Assembly: GCF_963921235.1 (NCBI RefSeq)
Contig: NC_086097.1
Coordinates: 62,622,001 to 62,686,000, forward strand
Source: Mobula hypostoma
Lineage: Eukaryota
DNA: 64,000 nt
Reading direction: 5' to 3'
How positions within the stretch are numbered: the stretch's first letter is position 1; every line of letters begins with the position of its first letter. This document shows positions 1-11,369 of the stretch, piece by piece. Position numbers and translations under genes: made by a program. The notes beneath the pieces were generated by a model. That model had not been told where the DNA came from, did no database searches, and saw nothing but the letters and a program-made list of their open reading frames with translations.

Positions 1-371
1 TTTTTATTTTCTGTGCCTTTTGTCCGTTCCTTTTCCGTTTTGTTGTGCAAGGGGAGGGATTTTGGGGTTTGATGTTCTTGCTGTATTCTGTTACATACAG
101 CAATTTTTTGGTTTGTGAAGGATTGAATGTCAGTTTTAATCAGAGTTTTGTAGATATTAAACATTACAAATGAGAACCAGTGCAACAAGAAAAACTGTCG
201 AGGGTTCTCAGCCTCAGGCAACATCTGTGAAGAGAGAAGGATAGTGAATATTTCAGATTGAGAGCTTGTGATTGAAATCCATCAAGTCCCAATGCTTTGA
301 GTCCCTGACCTGCTTATTCCTCCACATCCAGGCATCTAACTGTCTTGTGTCTCCAAATGAGAATCAGAAGT

Positions 372-830
372 GGTCCACAGCAGGGGTGATTGATAAGTTT
401 GTGGTAGAAGGAGATGAGTTATTAATTTCAAACTTTCTGCATTTTTACTCAGAGAGTTGTACTGCACATGCATGTAACGAGAGCTGTATAACTCATGTCC
501 TTCTACCTTAGGCCACAATCTTTTCAATCACCTCTGCTGTTGACACCTGGAGGTCCAAGACGCTCTCGTTACATGCACGTACAGTTCAACTCTTTGAGTA
601 ATAATGCAGAAAGTTTGAAGTTAATAACTCATATCCTTCTACCTTAGGCCACAAACTTATCAATCACCCCTGCTGTGGACCGCTTCTACAAAGAAGGGAT
701 CTGTATGCTCCGCGACCGCTGGACTAAGTGTGTACATGTAGAAGGGGACTATGTTGAAAAATAAACGTGCTAGGTTTTCTAAAATTGGCTCTTCTACCTT
801 ATGCCACAAACTTATCAATCACCCCTCGTA
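372..830 (+). mobile_element. Mariner-derived non-autonomous element with rearranged terminal inverted repeats (TIRs)
   Basis: 684-764 reads FYKEGICMLRDRWTKCVHVEGDYVEK*, a typical mariner transposase C-terminus. The right end ...AACTTATCAATCACCCCTCG is followed by TA. TIR-like copies at about 380 (inverted), 500-535, 635-670 and 790-828. Confidence 0.75.
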
Positions 831-870
831 TACCTTTTGAATGATAAGAAACCCCTTTTTACTTGTCATC

Positions 871-1573
871 AGTAACAGGCACTGAACGCAGCGGTGAGAA
901 AACCACCTTTCTCAAACTTCCTACATCGAGGGTCAGTATGACTTGAGTCTCACCAGACCGGAGTTCCAGGATGTCTTGAGCGCCTGAAAATACTGTCCAC
1001 ATGCAATTAGCTGTTGGCAAGAAATAGCAGATCATACACTGCATACAATTATAAAGAAAGTATATTTACAAATTTCTGCTTTATCGAACAGTTAGTAGGA
1101 AAAAGAAAAGAAAAAAATTTAAAAAGGCCCATTACAGTTAACCCAATCGAAATGTGCACTTAAGTTTGATCTAATCTTGAATTCTGCTGCTGGATTCACA
1201 GGCTGTGTGAAAGCATACACCACCTTCCAAATGTTACTCAAAATCCACGTCGAACCAACAGGCTCCCCAACTGGAGTATTGGTCCTTCCTCCTTGAAGAC
1301 ATTCATCTGCACCAAGTTCAACAGGGACAACATCCTCAGCCATCTTCCCTCCTGTCTTCTCCCAGCTCCCACCAAAAAGATCTCAACCCACATCAGTGTT
1401 AGTTACAGCGTTCTCTAAAAACTTCTTCTGATTCCTAAGTTGAACAACATCACCCCTTATCTTTAGCATGTTTCAAATCCAAACATGCTAAAAGTAAAAC
1501 AGGCTGCTCTTACAAAACTGCTAAAATGAAATGCCTATAGCATAGCAGTAAAAATCTTAACCAGGGTGTTACA
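871..1573 (-). mobile_element. Possible degraded solo LTR
   Basis: Bounded by AGTAACA...TGTTACA inverted termini; no matching TSD found. Confidence 0.35.
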
Positions 1574-2495
1574 TTTCTATGGCGTAACATTAGTAATATA
1601 TAAACAGTATAATAAGCAATGCTGTATTAACACCTTTAATACATGTATGGAATGTGTGGATATTGTAAATGCATTCATGTGGGGTAGAAAAAGAGTTCAT
1701 AGGTAACAATGGAGAACAAAATACTGCCCTATGCATTTCACCTTTGCTCTGCCAATACCTGATCAAGCTGGTATTAGAGGGTATTAACTCTCTCATTTTC
1801 ACATACAGTACCTTTGCCAGAAGACATCTAATTGATATTCCTATATTTCAAAGGGAATTATATACTTGTATGAATATAATACTAAATGCATTATTTCACC
1901 ACACACTCCATGCTATTTGAGAGAGGAGCCTATTCATCCCCCGCTTTGTTATAATCCAAATATTCTCTTTGCTGAAGAGCCAGAACTGCTCTATATCTGA
2001 TCCCTTGAGTACATTCGCTTGGAAATTAAAAATTTAGAAAGTTTGTTTTTAATGTCAACGATCCAACAGGATGGGAGGTCTTTGAGATTCTGCCATAACG
2101 TTCCCCTACTCCTCCCTTTAGACTTCCCGTTTGAGGGCACCTTTACTAAACTTATGTTCATTATCATGACCCCAAAAGATCTGATTACGAGTGAAAGTTC
2201 ATCGTAATTGCACCTTGCAGCAATCATTAAAATAATGGTGTGGTTTTTATTAAGTGCATAACCTAAAACTGTATGTACAAAAAAACCTGATTTTTTTCAA
2301 AATCAAGAATTCATCTTTTTTTTTAAGCTATCATCCTGTGACAACATGAAATAAGGCTGCAGTGGAAAAGTTAAGGAGCTTAACTCTCATCAACATCATA
2401 CATAGAAACATACATAGAAAATAGGTGCAGGAGTAGGCCATTCGGCCCTTCGAGCCTGCACCGCCATTTATTATGATCATGGCTGATCATCCAAC

Positions 2496-5495
2496 TCAGA
2501 ACCCAGCCTTCCCTCCATACCCCCTGACCCCTGTAGCCACAAGGGCCATATCTAACTTCCTTTTAAACATAGCTAATGAACTGGCCTCAACAGTTTGCTG
2601 TGGCAGAGAATTCCACAGATTCACCACTCTCTGTGTGAAGAAGTTTTTCCTAACCTCGGTCCTAAAAGGCTTCCCCTCTATCCTCAAACTGTGACCCCTC
2701 GTTCTAGACCTCCCCAACATCGGGAACAATCTTCCTGCATCTAGCCTGTCCAATCCCTTTAGGATCTTATACGTTTCAATCAGATCCCCCCTCAATCTTC
2801 TAAATTCCAACGAGTACAAGCCCAGTTCATCCAGTCTTTCTTCATATGAAAGACCTGCCATCCCAGGAATCAATCTGGTGAACCTTCTTTGTACTCCCTC
2901 TATGGCAAAGATGTCTTTCCTCAGATTAGGGGACCAAAACTGCACACAATACTCCAGGTGTGGTCTCACCAAGGCCTTGTACAACTGCAGTAGTACCTCC
3001 CTGCTCCTGTACTCGAATCCTCTCGCTATAAATGCCAGCATACCGTTCGCCTTTTTCACCGCCTGCTGTACCTGCATGCCCACTTTCAATGACTGGTGTA
3101 TAATGACACCCAGGTCTCGTTGCACCTCCCCTTTTCCTAATCGGCCACCATTCAGATAATAATCTGTTTTCCTATTTTTGCCACCAAAGTGGATAACTTC
3201 ACATTTATCCACATTAAATTGCATCTGCCATGAGTTTGCCCACTCACCCAACCTATCCAAGTCACCCTGCATCCTCTTAGCATCCTCCTCACTGCTAACA
3301 CTGCCACCCAGCTTCGTGTCATCCGCAAACTTGGAGATGCTGCATTTAATTCCCTCATCCAAGTCATTAATATATATTGTAAACAACTGGGGTCCCAGCA
3401 CTGAGCCTTGCGGTACCCCACTAGTCACCGCCTGCCATTCTGAAAAGGTCCCGTTTATTCCCACTCTTTGCTTACTGTCTGCTAACCAATTCTCCACCCA
3501 CACCAATACCTTACCCCCAATACCGTGTGCTTTAAGTTTGCACACTAATCTCCTATGTGGGACCTTGTCAAAAGCCTTTTGAAAATCCAAATATACCACA
3601 TCCACTGGTTCTCCCCTATCCACTCTACTAGTTACATCCTCAAAAAATTCTATGAGATTCGTCAGACATGATTTTCCTTTCACAAATCCATGCTGACTTT
3701 GTCCGATCATTTCACCGCTTTCCAAATGTGCTGTTATCACATCCTTGATAACTGACTCCAGCAGTTTCCCCACCACCGACGTTAGGCTAACCGGCCTATA
3801 ATTCCCCGGTTTCTCTCTCCCTCCTTTTTTAAAAAGTGGGGTTACATTAGCCACCCTCCAATCCTCAGGAACTAGTCCAGAATCTAACGAGTTTTGAAAA
3901 ATTATCACTAATGCATCCACTATTTCTTGGGCCACTTCCTTAAGCACTCTGGGATGCAGACCATCTGGCCCTGGGGATTTATCTGCCTTCAATCCCTTCA
4001 ATTTACCTAACACCACTTCCCTACTAACATGTATTTCGCTCAGTTCCTCCATCTCACTGGACCCTCTGTCCCTTACTATTTCTGGAAGATTATTTATGTC
4101 CTCCTTAGTGAAGACAGAACCAAAGTAATTATTCAATTGGTCTGCCATGTCCTTGCTCCCCATAATCAATTCACCTGTTTCTGTTTGCAGGGGACCTACA
4201 TTTGTCTTTATCAGTCTTTTCCTTTTTACATATCTATAAAAGCTTTTACAGTCCGTTTTTATGTTCTCTGCCAGTTTTCTCTCATAATCTTTTTTCCCCT
4301 TCCTAATTAAGCCCTTTGTCCTCCTCTGCTGAACTCTGAATTTCTCCCAGTCCTCAGGTGAGCCACTTTCTCTGGCTAATTTGTATGCTACTTCTTTGGA
4401 ATTGATGCTATCCCTAATTTCTCTTGTCAGCCACGGGTGCACTACCTTCCTTGATTTATTCTTTTGCCAAACTGGGATGAACAATTGTTGTAGTTCATCC
4501 ATGCAACCTTTAAATGCCTGCCATTGCATATCCACCGTCAATCCTTGAAGTGTCATTTGCCAGTCTATCTTAGCTAATTCATGTCTCATACCTTCAAAGT
4601 TACCCCTCTTTAAGTTCAGAACCTTTGTTTCTGAATTAACTACGTCACTCTCCATGTTAATGAAGAATTCCACCATATTATGGTCACTCTTACCCAAGGG
4701 GCCTCTCACGACAAGATCGCTAATTAACCCTTCCTCATTGCTCAAAACCCAGTCCAGAATAGCCTGCTCTCTAGTCGGTTCCTCGACATGTTGGTTCAAA
4801 AAACCATCCCGCATACATTCCAAGAAATCCTCTTCCTCAGCACCTTTACCAATTTGGTTCACCCAGTCTACATGTAGATTGAAGTCACCCATTATAACTG
4901 CTGTTCCTTTATTGCACACATTTCTAATTTCCTGTTTAATACCATCTCCGACCTCACTACTACTGTTAGGTGGCCTGTACACAACTCCCACCAGCGTCTT
5001 CTGCCCCTTAGTGTTACGCAGCTCTACCCATATCGATTCCACATCTTCCCGGCTTATGTCCTTCCTTTCTATTGCGTTAATCTCTTTTTTAACCAGCAAC
5101 GCCACCCCACCTCCCCTTCCTTCGTGTCTATCCCTCCTGAATATTGAATATCCCTGAACGTTGAGCTCCCATCCCTGGTCACCCTGGAGCCATGTCTCTG
5201 TGATCCCAACTATATCATAATCATTAATAACAATCTGCACTTTCAATTCATCCACCTTATTACGAATGCTCCTTGCATTGACACATAAAGCCTTTAGGCA
5301 CTCTTTTACAACTCTCTTAGCCCTTTTTAATGCTTGCCCTGGATTTGTCGGCCTGCCACTTTTACTTTTCCCCTTTGTACTTTTTGCTTCTACGCTCACT
5401 TTACACCCCTCTGTCTCTCTGCACTGGTTCCCATCCCTCTGTTGTGAACTAACCTCCTCACACCTAGCCGCTTTAATTTGATTCCCACCCCCCAA
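2496..5495 (-). CDS. CR1 ORF2: APE endonuclease + reverse transcriptase (uninterrupted; no AUG before the APE domain)
   Basis: APE motifs NARS, ITETW, GVVYRPP, MGDFN, LDWVL, SDH; RT motifs NYRPVSLTS, YLDFQKAFD, GVPQGSVLGP, FADD; CR1 C-terminus VRPHLEYCVQFWSP. Confidence 0.95.
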   Translation of the reverse strand: MGGGNQIKAARCEEVSSQQRDGNQCRETEGCKVSVEAKSTKGKSKSGRPTNPGQALKRAKRVVKECLKALCVNARSIRNKVDELKVQIVINDYDIVGITETWLQGDQGWELNVQGYSIFRRDRHEGRGGGVALLVKKEINAIERKDISREDVESIWVELRNTKGQKTLVGVVYRPPNSSSEVGDGIKQEIRNVCNKGTAVIMGDFNLHVDWVNQIGKGAEEEDFLECMRDGFLNQHVEEPTREQAILDWVLSNEEGLISDLVVRGPLGKSDHNMVEFFINMESDVVNSETKVLNLKRGNFEGMRHELAKIDWQMTLQGLTVDMQWQAFKGCMDELQQLFIPVWQKNKSRKVVHPWLTREIRDSINSKEVAYKLARESGSPEDWEKFRVQQRRTKGLIRKGKKDYERKLAENIKTDCKSFYRYVKRKRLIKTNVGPLQTETGELIMGSKDMADQLNNYFGSVFTKEDINNLPEIVRDRGSSEMEELSEIHVSREVVLGKLKGLKADKSPGPDGLHPRVLKEVAQEIVDALVIIFQNSLDSGLVPEDWRVANVTPLFKKGGREKPGNYRPVSLTSVVGKLLESVIKDVITAHLESGEMIGQSQHGFVKGKSCLTNLIEFFEDVTSRVDRGEPVDVVYLDFQKAFDKVPHRRLVCKLKAHGIGGKVLVWVENWLADSKQRVGINGTFSEWQAVTSGVPQGSVLGPQLFTIYINDLDEGIKCSISKFADDTKLGGSVSSEEDAKRMQGDLDRLGEWANSWQMQFNVDKCEVIHFGGKNRKTDYYLNGGRLGKGEVQRDLGVIIHQSLKVGMQVQQAVKKANGMLAFIARGFEYRSREVLLQLYKALVRPHLEYCVQFWSPNLRKDIFAIEGVQRRFTRLIPGMAGLSYEERLDELGLYSLEFRRLRGDLIETYKILKGLDRLDAGRLFPMLGRSRTRGHSLRIEGKPFRTEVRKNFFTQRVVNLWNSLPQQTVEASSLAMFKRKLDMALVATGVRGYGGKAGF

Positions 5496-5500
5496 CCATT

Positions 5501-6436
5501 CTAGTTTAAAGTCACCTCAGTAGCCCCCGCTAATCTCCCTGCCAGGATATTGGTCCCCCGAGGATTTAAGTGTAACCCGTCCTTTTTGTACAGGTCACAC
5601 CTGCGCCAAAAGAGGTCCCAATGATCCAAAAACTTGAATCCCTGCCCCCTGCTCCAATCCCTCAGCCACGCATTTATCCTCCACCTCATCGCATTCCTAC
5701 TCTCACTGTCGCGTGGCACAGGCAGTAATCCCGAGATTACTACCTTTGCGGTCCTTTTTCTCAACTCCCTTCCTAGCTCCCTATATTCTTCTTTCAGGAC
5801 CTCATCCCTTTTCCTACCTATGTCATTGGTACCTATATGTACCAGGACCTCTGGCTCTTCACCCTCCCACTTCAGGATATCTTGGACACGATCAGAAATA
5901 TCCCGGACCCTGGCACCAGGGAGGCAAACTACCATCCGAGTCTCTGGACTGCGTCCACAGAATCGCCTATCTGACCCCCTTACTATCGAGTCCCCTATCA
6001 CAACTGCCCTCCTCTTCCTTGCCCTACCCTTCTGAGCTACAGGGCCAGACTCTGTGCCGGAGGCAGGGCCACTGTCGCTTCCCCCGGGTAAGCTGTCCCC
6101 CCCAACAGTACTCAAACAGGAGTACCTGTTGTTAAGGGGCACAGCCGCCGGGGTACTCCCCATCACCTTCCTTTTCCCCTTCCCCCTCCTAACCGTGACC
6201 CACTTGTCTGCCTCCCGTGGCCCCGGCGTGACCACCTGCCTTCCACTCCTCTCTATCACCTCCTCACTCTCCCTGACCAGACGAAGGTCATCGAGCTGCA
6301 GCTCCAGTTCCGTAACGCGGTCCCTTAGGAGCTGCATCTCGATGCACTTGGCGCAGATGTAGACGTCCGGGAGGCTTGGAGACTCCAGGGCCTCCCACAT
6401 CCGACACCGAGAACAGCAAACTGCCCTCACAGTCAT
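5501..6436 (-). CDS. CR1 ORF1: zinc finger/leucine zipper + SGNH (GDSL) esterase-like domain, 311 aa from the first ATG
   Basis: CSRC...CAKC, then heptad leucines, then IGDS, PGAR, HIGTND and DGLHLN esterase blocks. ATG at 6436 (the ORF track starts at an upstream GTG). Confidence 0.9.
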   Translation of the reverse strand: MTVRAVCCSRCRMWEALESPSLPDVYICAKCIEMQLLRDRVTELELQLDDLRLVRESEEVIERSGRQVVTPGPREADKWVTVRRGKGKRKVMGSTPAAVPLNNRYSCLSTVGGDSLPGGSDSGPASGTESGPVAQKGRARKRRAVVIGDSIVRGSDRRFCGRSPETRMVVCLPGARVRDISDRVQDILKWEGEEPEVLVHIGTNDIGRKRDEVLKEEYRELGRELRKRTAKVVISGLLPVPRDSESRNAMRWRINAWLRDWSRGQGFKFLDHWDLFWRRCDLYKKDGLHLNPRGTNILAGRLAGATEVTLN

Positions 6437-6601
6437 AATGCCCCTCTCCTCAAATAGCAACAGAAAATGAATGTCAAACCTTCCTCGCCTCACCCGCTTC
6501 CGCCTAAGCCCGGTGAGCCGAAGCCCTTAAGTCTTCACTCTGCTCCCGGCTCACTCCGCCGCCCGCAAACTACGCTGCCCGCTCTATGAGGCTCTGTTCC
6601 T

Positions 6602-7097
6602 TTTTAAATCTGCCGCGCTGCACTGCCCTACGTCACACGCCTGCGCAGTCCCGCCTCTCAGAAAGCCGTTGGAGAAAAAAAAATAACGAAAATTTCAAAA
6701 ATCTCTTTTTCGGCACTCCCACTCAGACTCTCAGACTCCTTCTTCGAATCAAATCCGAAGCAGGATGTCTGCCCTTTTAAATCTGCCGCGCTGCACTGCC
6801 CGACGTCACACGCCTGCGCAGTCCCGCCTCTCAGAAAGCCGTTGGAGAAAAAAAAATAACGAAAATTTCAAAAATCTCTTTTTCGGCACTCCCACTCAGA
6901 CTCTCAGACTCCTTCTTCGAATCAAATCCGAAGCAGGATGTCTGCCCTTTTAAATCTGCCGCGCTGCACTGCCCGACGTCACACGCCTGCGCAGTCCCGC
7001 CTCTCAGAAAGCCGTTGGAGAAAAAAAAATAACGAAAATTTCAAAAATCTCTTTTTCGGCACTCCCACTCAGACTCTCAGACTCCTTCTTCGAATCA
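6602..7097 (-). repeat. About 2.9 tandem copies of a 173-bp CpG-rich monomer forming the CR1 5' end
   Basis: Units start at 6602, 6775 and 6948, are almost identical, and the third is truncated at 7097. Confidence 0.95.
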
Positions 7098-7289
7098 TGG
7101 CTAGATCTGACTTGTACTTCTTTGCTGCCTTGCACAATTATCCAGTTCATATATTGAATACTTATATCACTCCTGAAGGGCACTTCCAGTTGTATTATAT
7201 TTGAGCTTTGAATTTAAAATTGCCCTGGAATATATTGAAGGCAAAAAAAGAGTAAATTATTGTTAAATATTCCTGAATCTTCTGAAATG

Positions 7290-8098
7290 GTGGGAAGTGT
7301 ATGGTCATGCACATTGGCAGAAGAAAGTAAATGGTAGACTATTTTCTAAATGGAGAGAAAATACAAAGATCTGAGGCGCAAAGGATTTGGGAGTCCTTGT
7401 GCAGGGTTCTCTAAGGTTTAAATTGCTGGTTGAGTCTGTGGTGAGGAAAACAAATACAATATTGGCATTCATTTCAAGAGAACTAGAATATAAAAGTAAG
7501 GATGTAACGTTGAGACTTTACAAAGCACCAGTGAGGCCTCACTTGGAGTAGTGTGAGCAACTTTTGGCCCCTTATTTTAGAAAGGACATTCTGAACTGGA
7601 GGGGGTTGAAAGGAGATTCATGAAAATGATTCCAGGATTAAACAGCTTTTCATGTTGAAGAGCGTTTGATGCCTCTGGGCCCGTATTCACCAGAATTTAG
7701 AACAATGAAGAGTGACCAAACTGCAAACTATTGAACAGTGAAAGGCCTTGATGGAGTGGATGTAGAGAGGATATTTCCTATTGTGGGAGAGTCTAAGACC
7801 AGAGGACACAAAATAGAGTGTCGTCCTTTTAGAATGGAGATGAGGAGGAATTTCTTTAGCCAGAGAGAGGTGAATCTGTGAAATTTCTTGCCACAGGCTC
7901 CTATGGAGGCCAAGTCTTTATGTATATTTAACCAGAGGTTAATGGATTCTTAAATTTGTCAGGGCATGAAGGGTTATGGGGGGGAAGACAGGAGACTGAG
8001 GCTGAGAGAAAAAATGGATCAGCCATAATGAAATGGCAGAGTAGACTCAATGGGCCAAATGGTCTAATTCTGCTCCTGTATCTTATGGTTTTATGGTT
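7290..8098 (+). mobile_element. Degraded CR1 3' fragment
   Basis: Homology to the ORF2 C-terminus (GTGAGGCCTCACTTGGAGTA, GTGAATCTGTG) and a TCTTATGG-type tail. Confidence 0.85.
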
Positions 8099-8659
8099 AA
8101 TGCTCTCATTTAAAGAATTAGAATAGCGTTCATGAGTATTTTCCTTTATTTCTTCACTCCTGAAGTAGAGATACTACTGGCTAAGCTAGAGTTTACTGAC
8201 AATCACTAATTGTTGTTGAGAGAGCTTCTTGCATCATTGCAGCCTGCATGGTAAAGTTACTCAAAGAGTAGTAGAGGTCTGACTCAATAATAATGAGGTA
8301 ATAATTCGCATTTCAACACTGCCTTTAATGTATTAAAACAGCTCAAAGTGCTTCATCAGAGCATTATCAATCAAATTTGATGCCAAGACACTCATGAAGA
8401 TACTTGGTTGCATTTACCTCTGGCTGGAGGTTGCATGGAGAACCCTTCACACCAGTCCCACTCTGACTTCCGCACGTTGCACTGAAATGCAAAGTCAGGT
8501 AAGAGCTAGAGATCAGATTCTGGTTCACACAAGTTTGCTCTCTGCAGTTAGGCTCAACCCTGGGCAGAGTTAAGGAGTAGGATGCACCCTGCATCCCAAG
8601 TCCCAGCTTTCTGCCATGACTCTCAAAAGAAGCACCACTTCATTAATTTCAATAGAGTC

Positions 8660-9190
8660 ACCTGCCTTGAGTTAAAATGTGCAGGTAAGTGGATCGCCAG
8701 ATCTCACCGAAAGGCACCAAGATCTTGTTTGGCTGGCAGTGAGTTGGGCGCTCCCAGTCAGATCCTTCATGCATTCTCTGAAAATTGTTCCCACCGCATA
8801 CTCTCTCTGAGATCGCTGTAGTAGGGACAAAACAGTTGCTCTCCTCTTTATAGACTGTGGGTTTGTGAAGAAGGTGTGGAGAAAGATGCAAGGGCCTTTG
8901 TCATCGTTCATCCCAAACTGCTGCATGACAGTGGACTCTCTAATCTAGGGCCTGTTCCCAGTGACATCACAGAGACAGACATCAAATGGCACTGAAGAAT
9001 CATCAACTCGATAAAAGACGTCCTCTGTTCTGCCCAAAACTTGTTTGTGTATCAGCACATCAGGATGTTCACAGAGGACTGCTGCCAGCTGGCACAGACC
9101 AGTCTGCAGGAGTACGTGCTGATCAATAGACTGAAGCTTGGTGCATCCATCACAAGAGCTCAGTGGAGGAGGACCATGGTTAAGGGTTCT
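8660..9190 (+). mobile_element. Degraded L1/Tx1-like ORF2 C-terminal fragment
   Basis: Broken frames give HQDLVWLAV..ALPVRSFMH, DCGFVKKVWRKMQG, GLFP and LQEYVL..LKLG, typical of the Tx1/L1 zinc-knuckle C-terminus. Confidence 0.6.
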
Positions 9191-9294
9191 TCTGCTGCTG
9201 GAAAAGGAGGAGCCAGGTTGGTTGAGGAAGCCCCTTAATTCTTGCAGTATTGTGCCACACCAGGGGGCCATATGAGTGGAAACCCGCCATTGTC

Positions 9295-9775
9295 ACAGGG
9301 AGTTTCTACGGTCTCCTCATGACCACGTAAGCTTCCTCTAGTTTCCTCCCACGTTCTAAAGATGTACCGATTACAGTTAATGAGTTGTGACCTGCTTCAG
9401 TGTGTTGGTGCCGAGGTGTAGCAACACTTGCAGGCTTCCCAGCACAATTCTCACTGATTTGATTTGATGCAAACAGCACACTTCACTGTATTTTATATAT
9501 ATATATTTGAGAAATAAAGCTAATCTTTAATCTTGAGAAATGTAATTGAACATTACCTAATACAGTGTCAATGAATTTAAGAATGAAAAGGCATTGCAGA
9601 GTTTATTTATTTAGAGGTACAGAACGGTAACTGACCCTTTTGGCCCAATGAGACCAATTACACCGGTGTGAACAATTAACATACTGGAATGTGGAAGGAC
9701 ACTGGAGCACCCGGAGGAAACCCATGCTATCATGGGGAGAACATACAAAAATTCTTACAGACAGCAGTGGAAAAT
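9295..9775. mobile_element. Two degraded V-SINE-like fragments in opposite orientations (about 9295-9530 +, about 9600-9775 -)
   Basis: GTTTCCTCCCAC..TCTAAAGATG and GGAGCACCCGGAGGAAACCCA core motifs. Confidence 0.55.
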
Positions 9776-9829
9776 ATTTTTTTCATTTTGAATAAAGTTT
9801 ATTTTGGTTAAAAATGCTGCAGGAGTACA

Positions 9830-10643
9830 TACAATGTTGGAAAGTGTATGGTCGTGCACGTTGGTGGATGAAATAAAAGGGCAGACTATTATTTAGATGG
9901 GGAGAGAGTTCAAAATGCAAAGGGACTTGGGAGTCCTTGTGCAAGATACCCTCCAGGTTGAGTTGGTTGTGAAGAAGGCGAATGCAATATTGGCATTCAT
10001 TTCTAGAGGTTTAGAATAGAAGAGCAGGGATGTGATGTTGAGGCTCTATAAGGCACTCGTGTGACCACCCTTGGAGTATTGTGTACAGTTTTGGGCTCCT
10101 AATTTTAGAAAGGATATACTGACATTGGAGAGGGTTCAGAGAAGATTCACAAGAATGATTCCAAGAATGAAAGGGTTACCGTATGAGGAACGTCTGGCAG
10201 CTCTTGGGCTGTATTCCCCGGAGTTCAGGAGAATAGGGGAGGATTTCATAGAAACATTCCAAATGCTAAAAGACCTGAACAGATTAGATATGGCAAAGTT
10301 ACAATATTTCCCATAGTAGGGGATTCTAGGACAAGAGGGCACGACTTCAGGAGTGAAGGATGTCCGTTTAGAACTGAGATGCAGGGAAATTACTTTAGAC
10401 AGAGGGTGGTAGATCTGAGAAATTTTTTGCCACGAGTGGCTGTGGAGGCCAAGTCACTGGATGTATTTAAGGCAGAGATAGATAGGTTCTTGATTAGCCA
10501 GGGTATCAAAGGGTAATGGGGTGAAAGCAGGGGAGTGGGGATAACTGGAAGAATTGGATCAGCCCATGATTGAATGGCAGAGCAGACTTGATGGGCCAAC
10601 TGGCCAACTTCTGCTCTTATATCTCATGGTCTTAAGGTCTTAC
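9830..10643 (+). mobile_element. CR1 3' fragment
   Basis: ORF 10071-10316 LEYCVQFWAPNFRKDILTLERVQRRFTRMIP, followed by 3' UTR and tail. Confidence 0.9.
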
Positions 10644-11369
10644 ATGCTGGGGGAAGTACGGAAGCCTGATACAGCCAAAGCAAGGGCTTGGTGAGGAAGG
10701 ACAATAGTCTGGTGTTCTGCTCCTGGTCAGGGAGGGATTGGGTGAGGTAATCCCTTAACTATTGCATTCGTGTTTCAGTTCGTGAAGCCACAAGGAGTTA
10801 TTATTTTAAAAATATTACACTGCTGATTACATTGTCTATGAATGAAAACAATGAACACAGATTATTCTTGTATATATTTTTATTATGAATTAATTGAATT
10901 GATTTTGGGTTACTCCAACAGACATTTCACAGCAACTGAAGTGGTCTAAGACGGCAAGCCATTGGGAAGATATCAGAGTTAGACCTTGAGCCTATTGACA
11001 CTCGCGCCAGGTCTACTTTGCAGAATGGCTGTAGGATCCAGACCTCTGGACTGAGCAATTCTACTGACCACTCACAAGGCAAGTGTAGCCAAGGGAAAGG
11101 CATGGAAAAAAAGCACAGGCAGGTTGCCAGATCAAGTAAAATCCACAAAATGAGTGAATGCTCAATAAAAGAGGTACGCTTTAAAAAACATCTTCAATGA
11201 AGATTGTAAAAGAGATGGAAAGGATCGGTGGAAGAAATTCCAGAGATTGGATCTTGATAGGTGTCAAATAGAATTTCATACGATGTAGATCAGACACAGG
11301 AGGGATTTGACTGCCTTCTGAAACATGATGGTAGGACATGGAGTCTAGAAAGATCTGATTCTAACAAGC

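Larger units (their letters stand above)
2400..7097 (-). mobile_element. Full-length young CR1 LINE
   Basis: 5' monomer array, ORF1, ORF2, 3' stem-loop and (TTTCTATG)-like tail (CATAGAAA on +). Possible 5-bp TSD ATCAT at 2395-2399 and 7094-7098. Confidence 0.95.

Noticed and set aside
2878..6362. Plus-strand ORFs antisense to CR1 (for example 4654-5157 and 3178-3582; also 35021-35731 and 54725-55417)
   Set aside because: Shadow frames of the LINE ORFs. They recur only because the copies are near-identical and have no independent motif.
6586..7204. Three repeated ORFs of about 62 aa, or a CRISPR-like array
   Set aside because: Translation of the 173-bp monomer. The units are contiguous with no unique spacers, and the context is eukaryotic.
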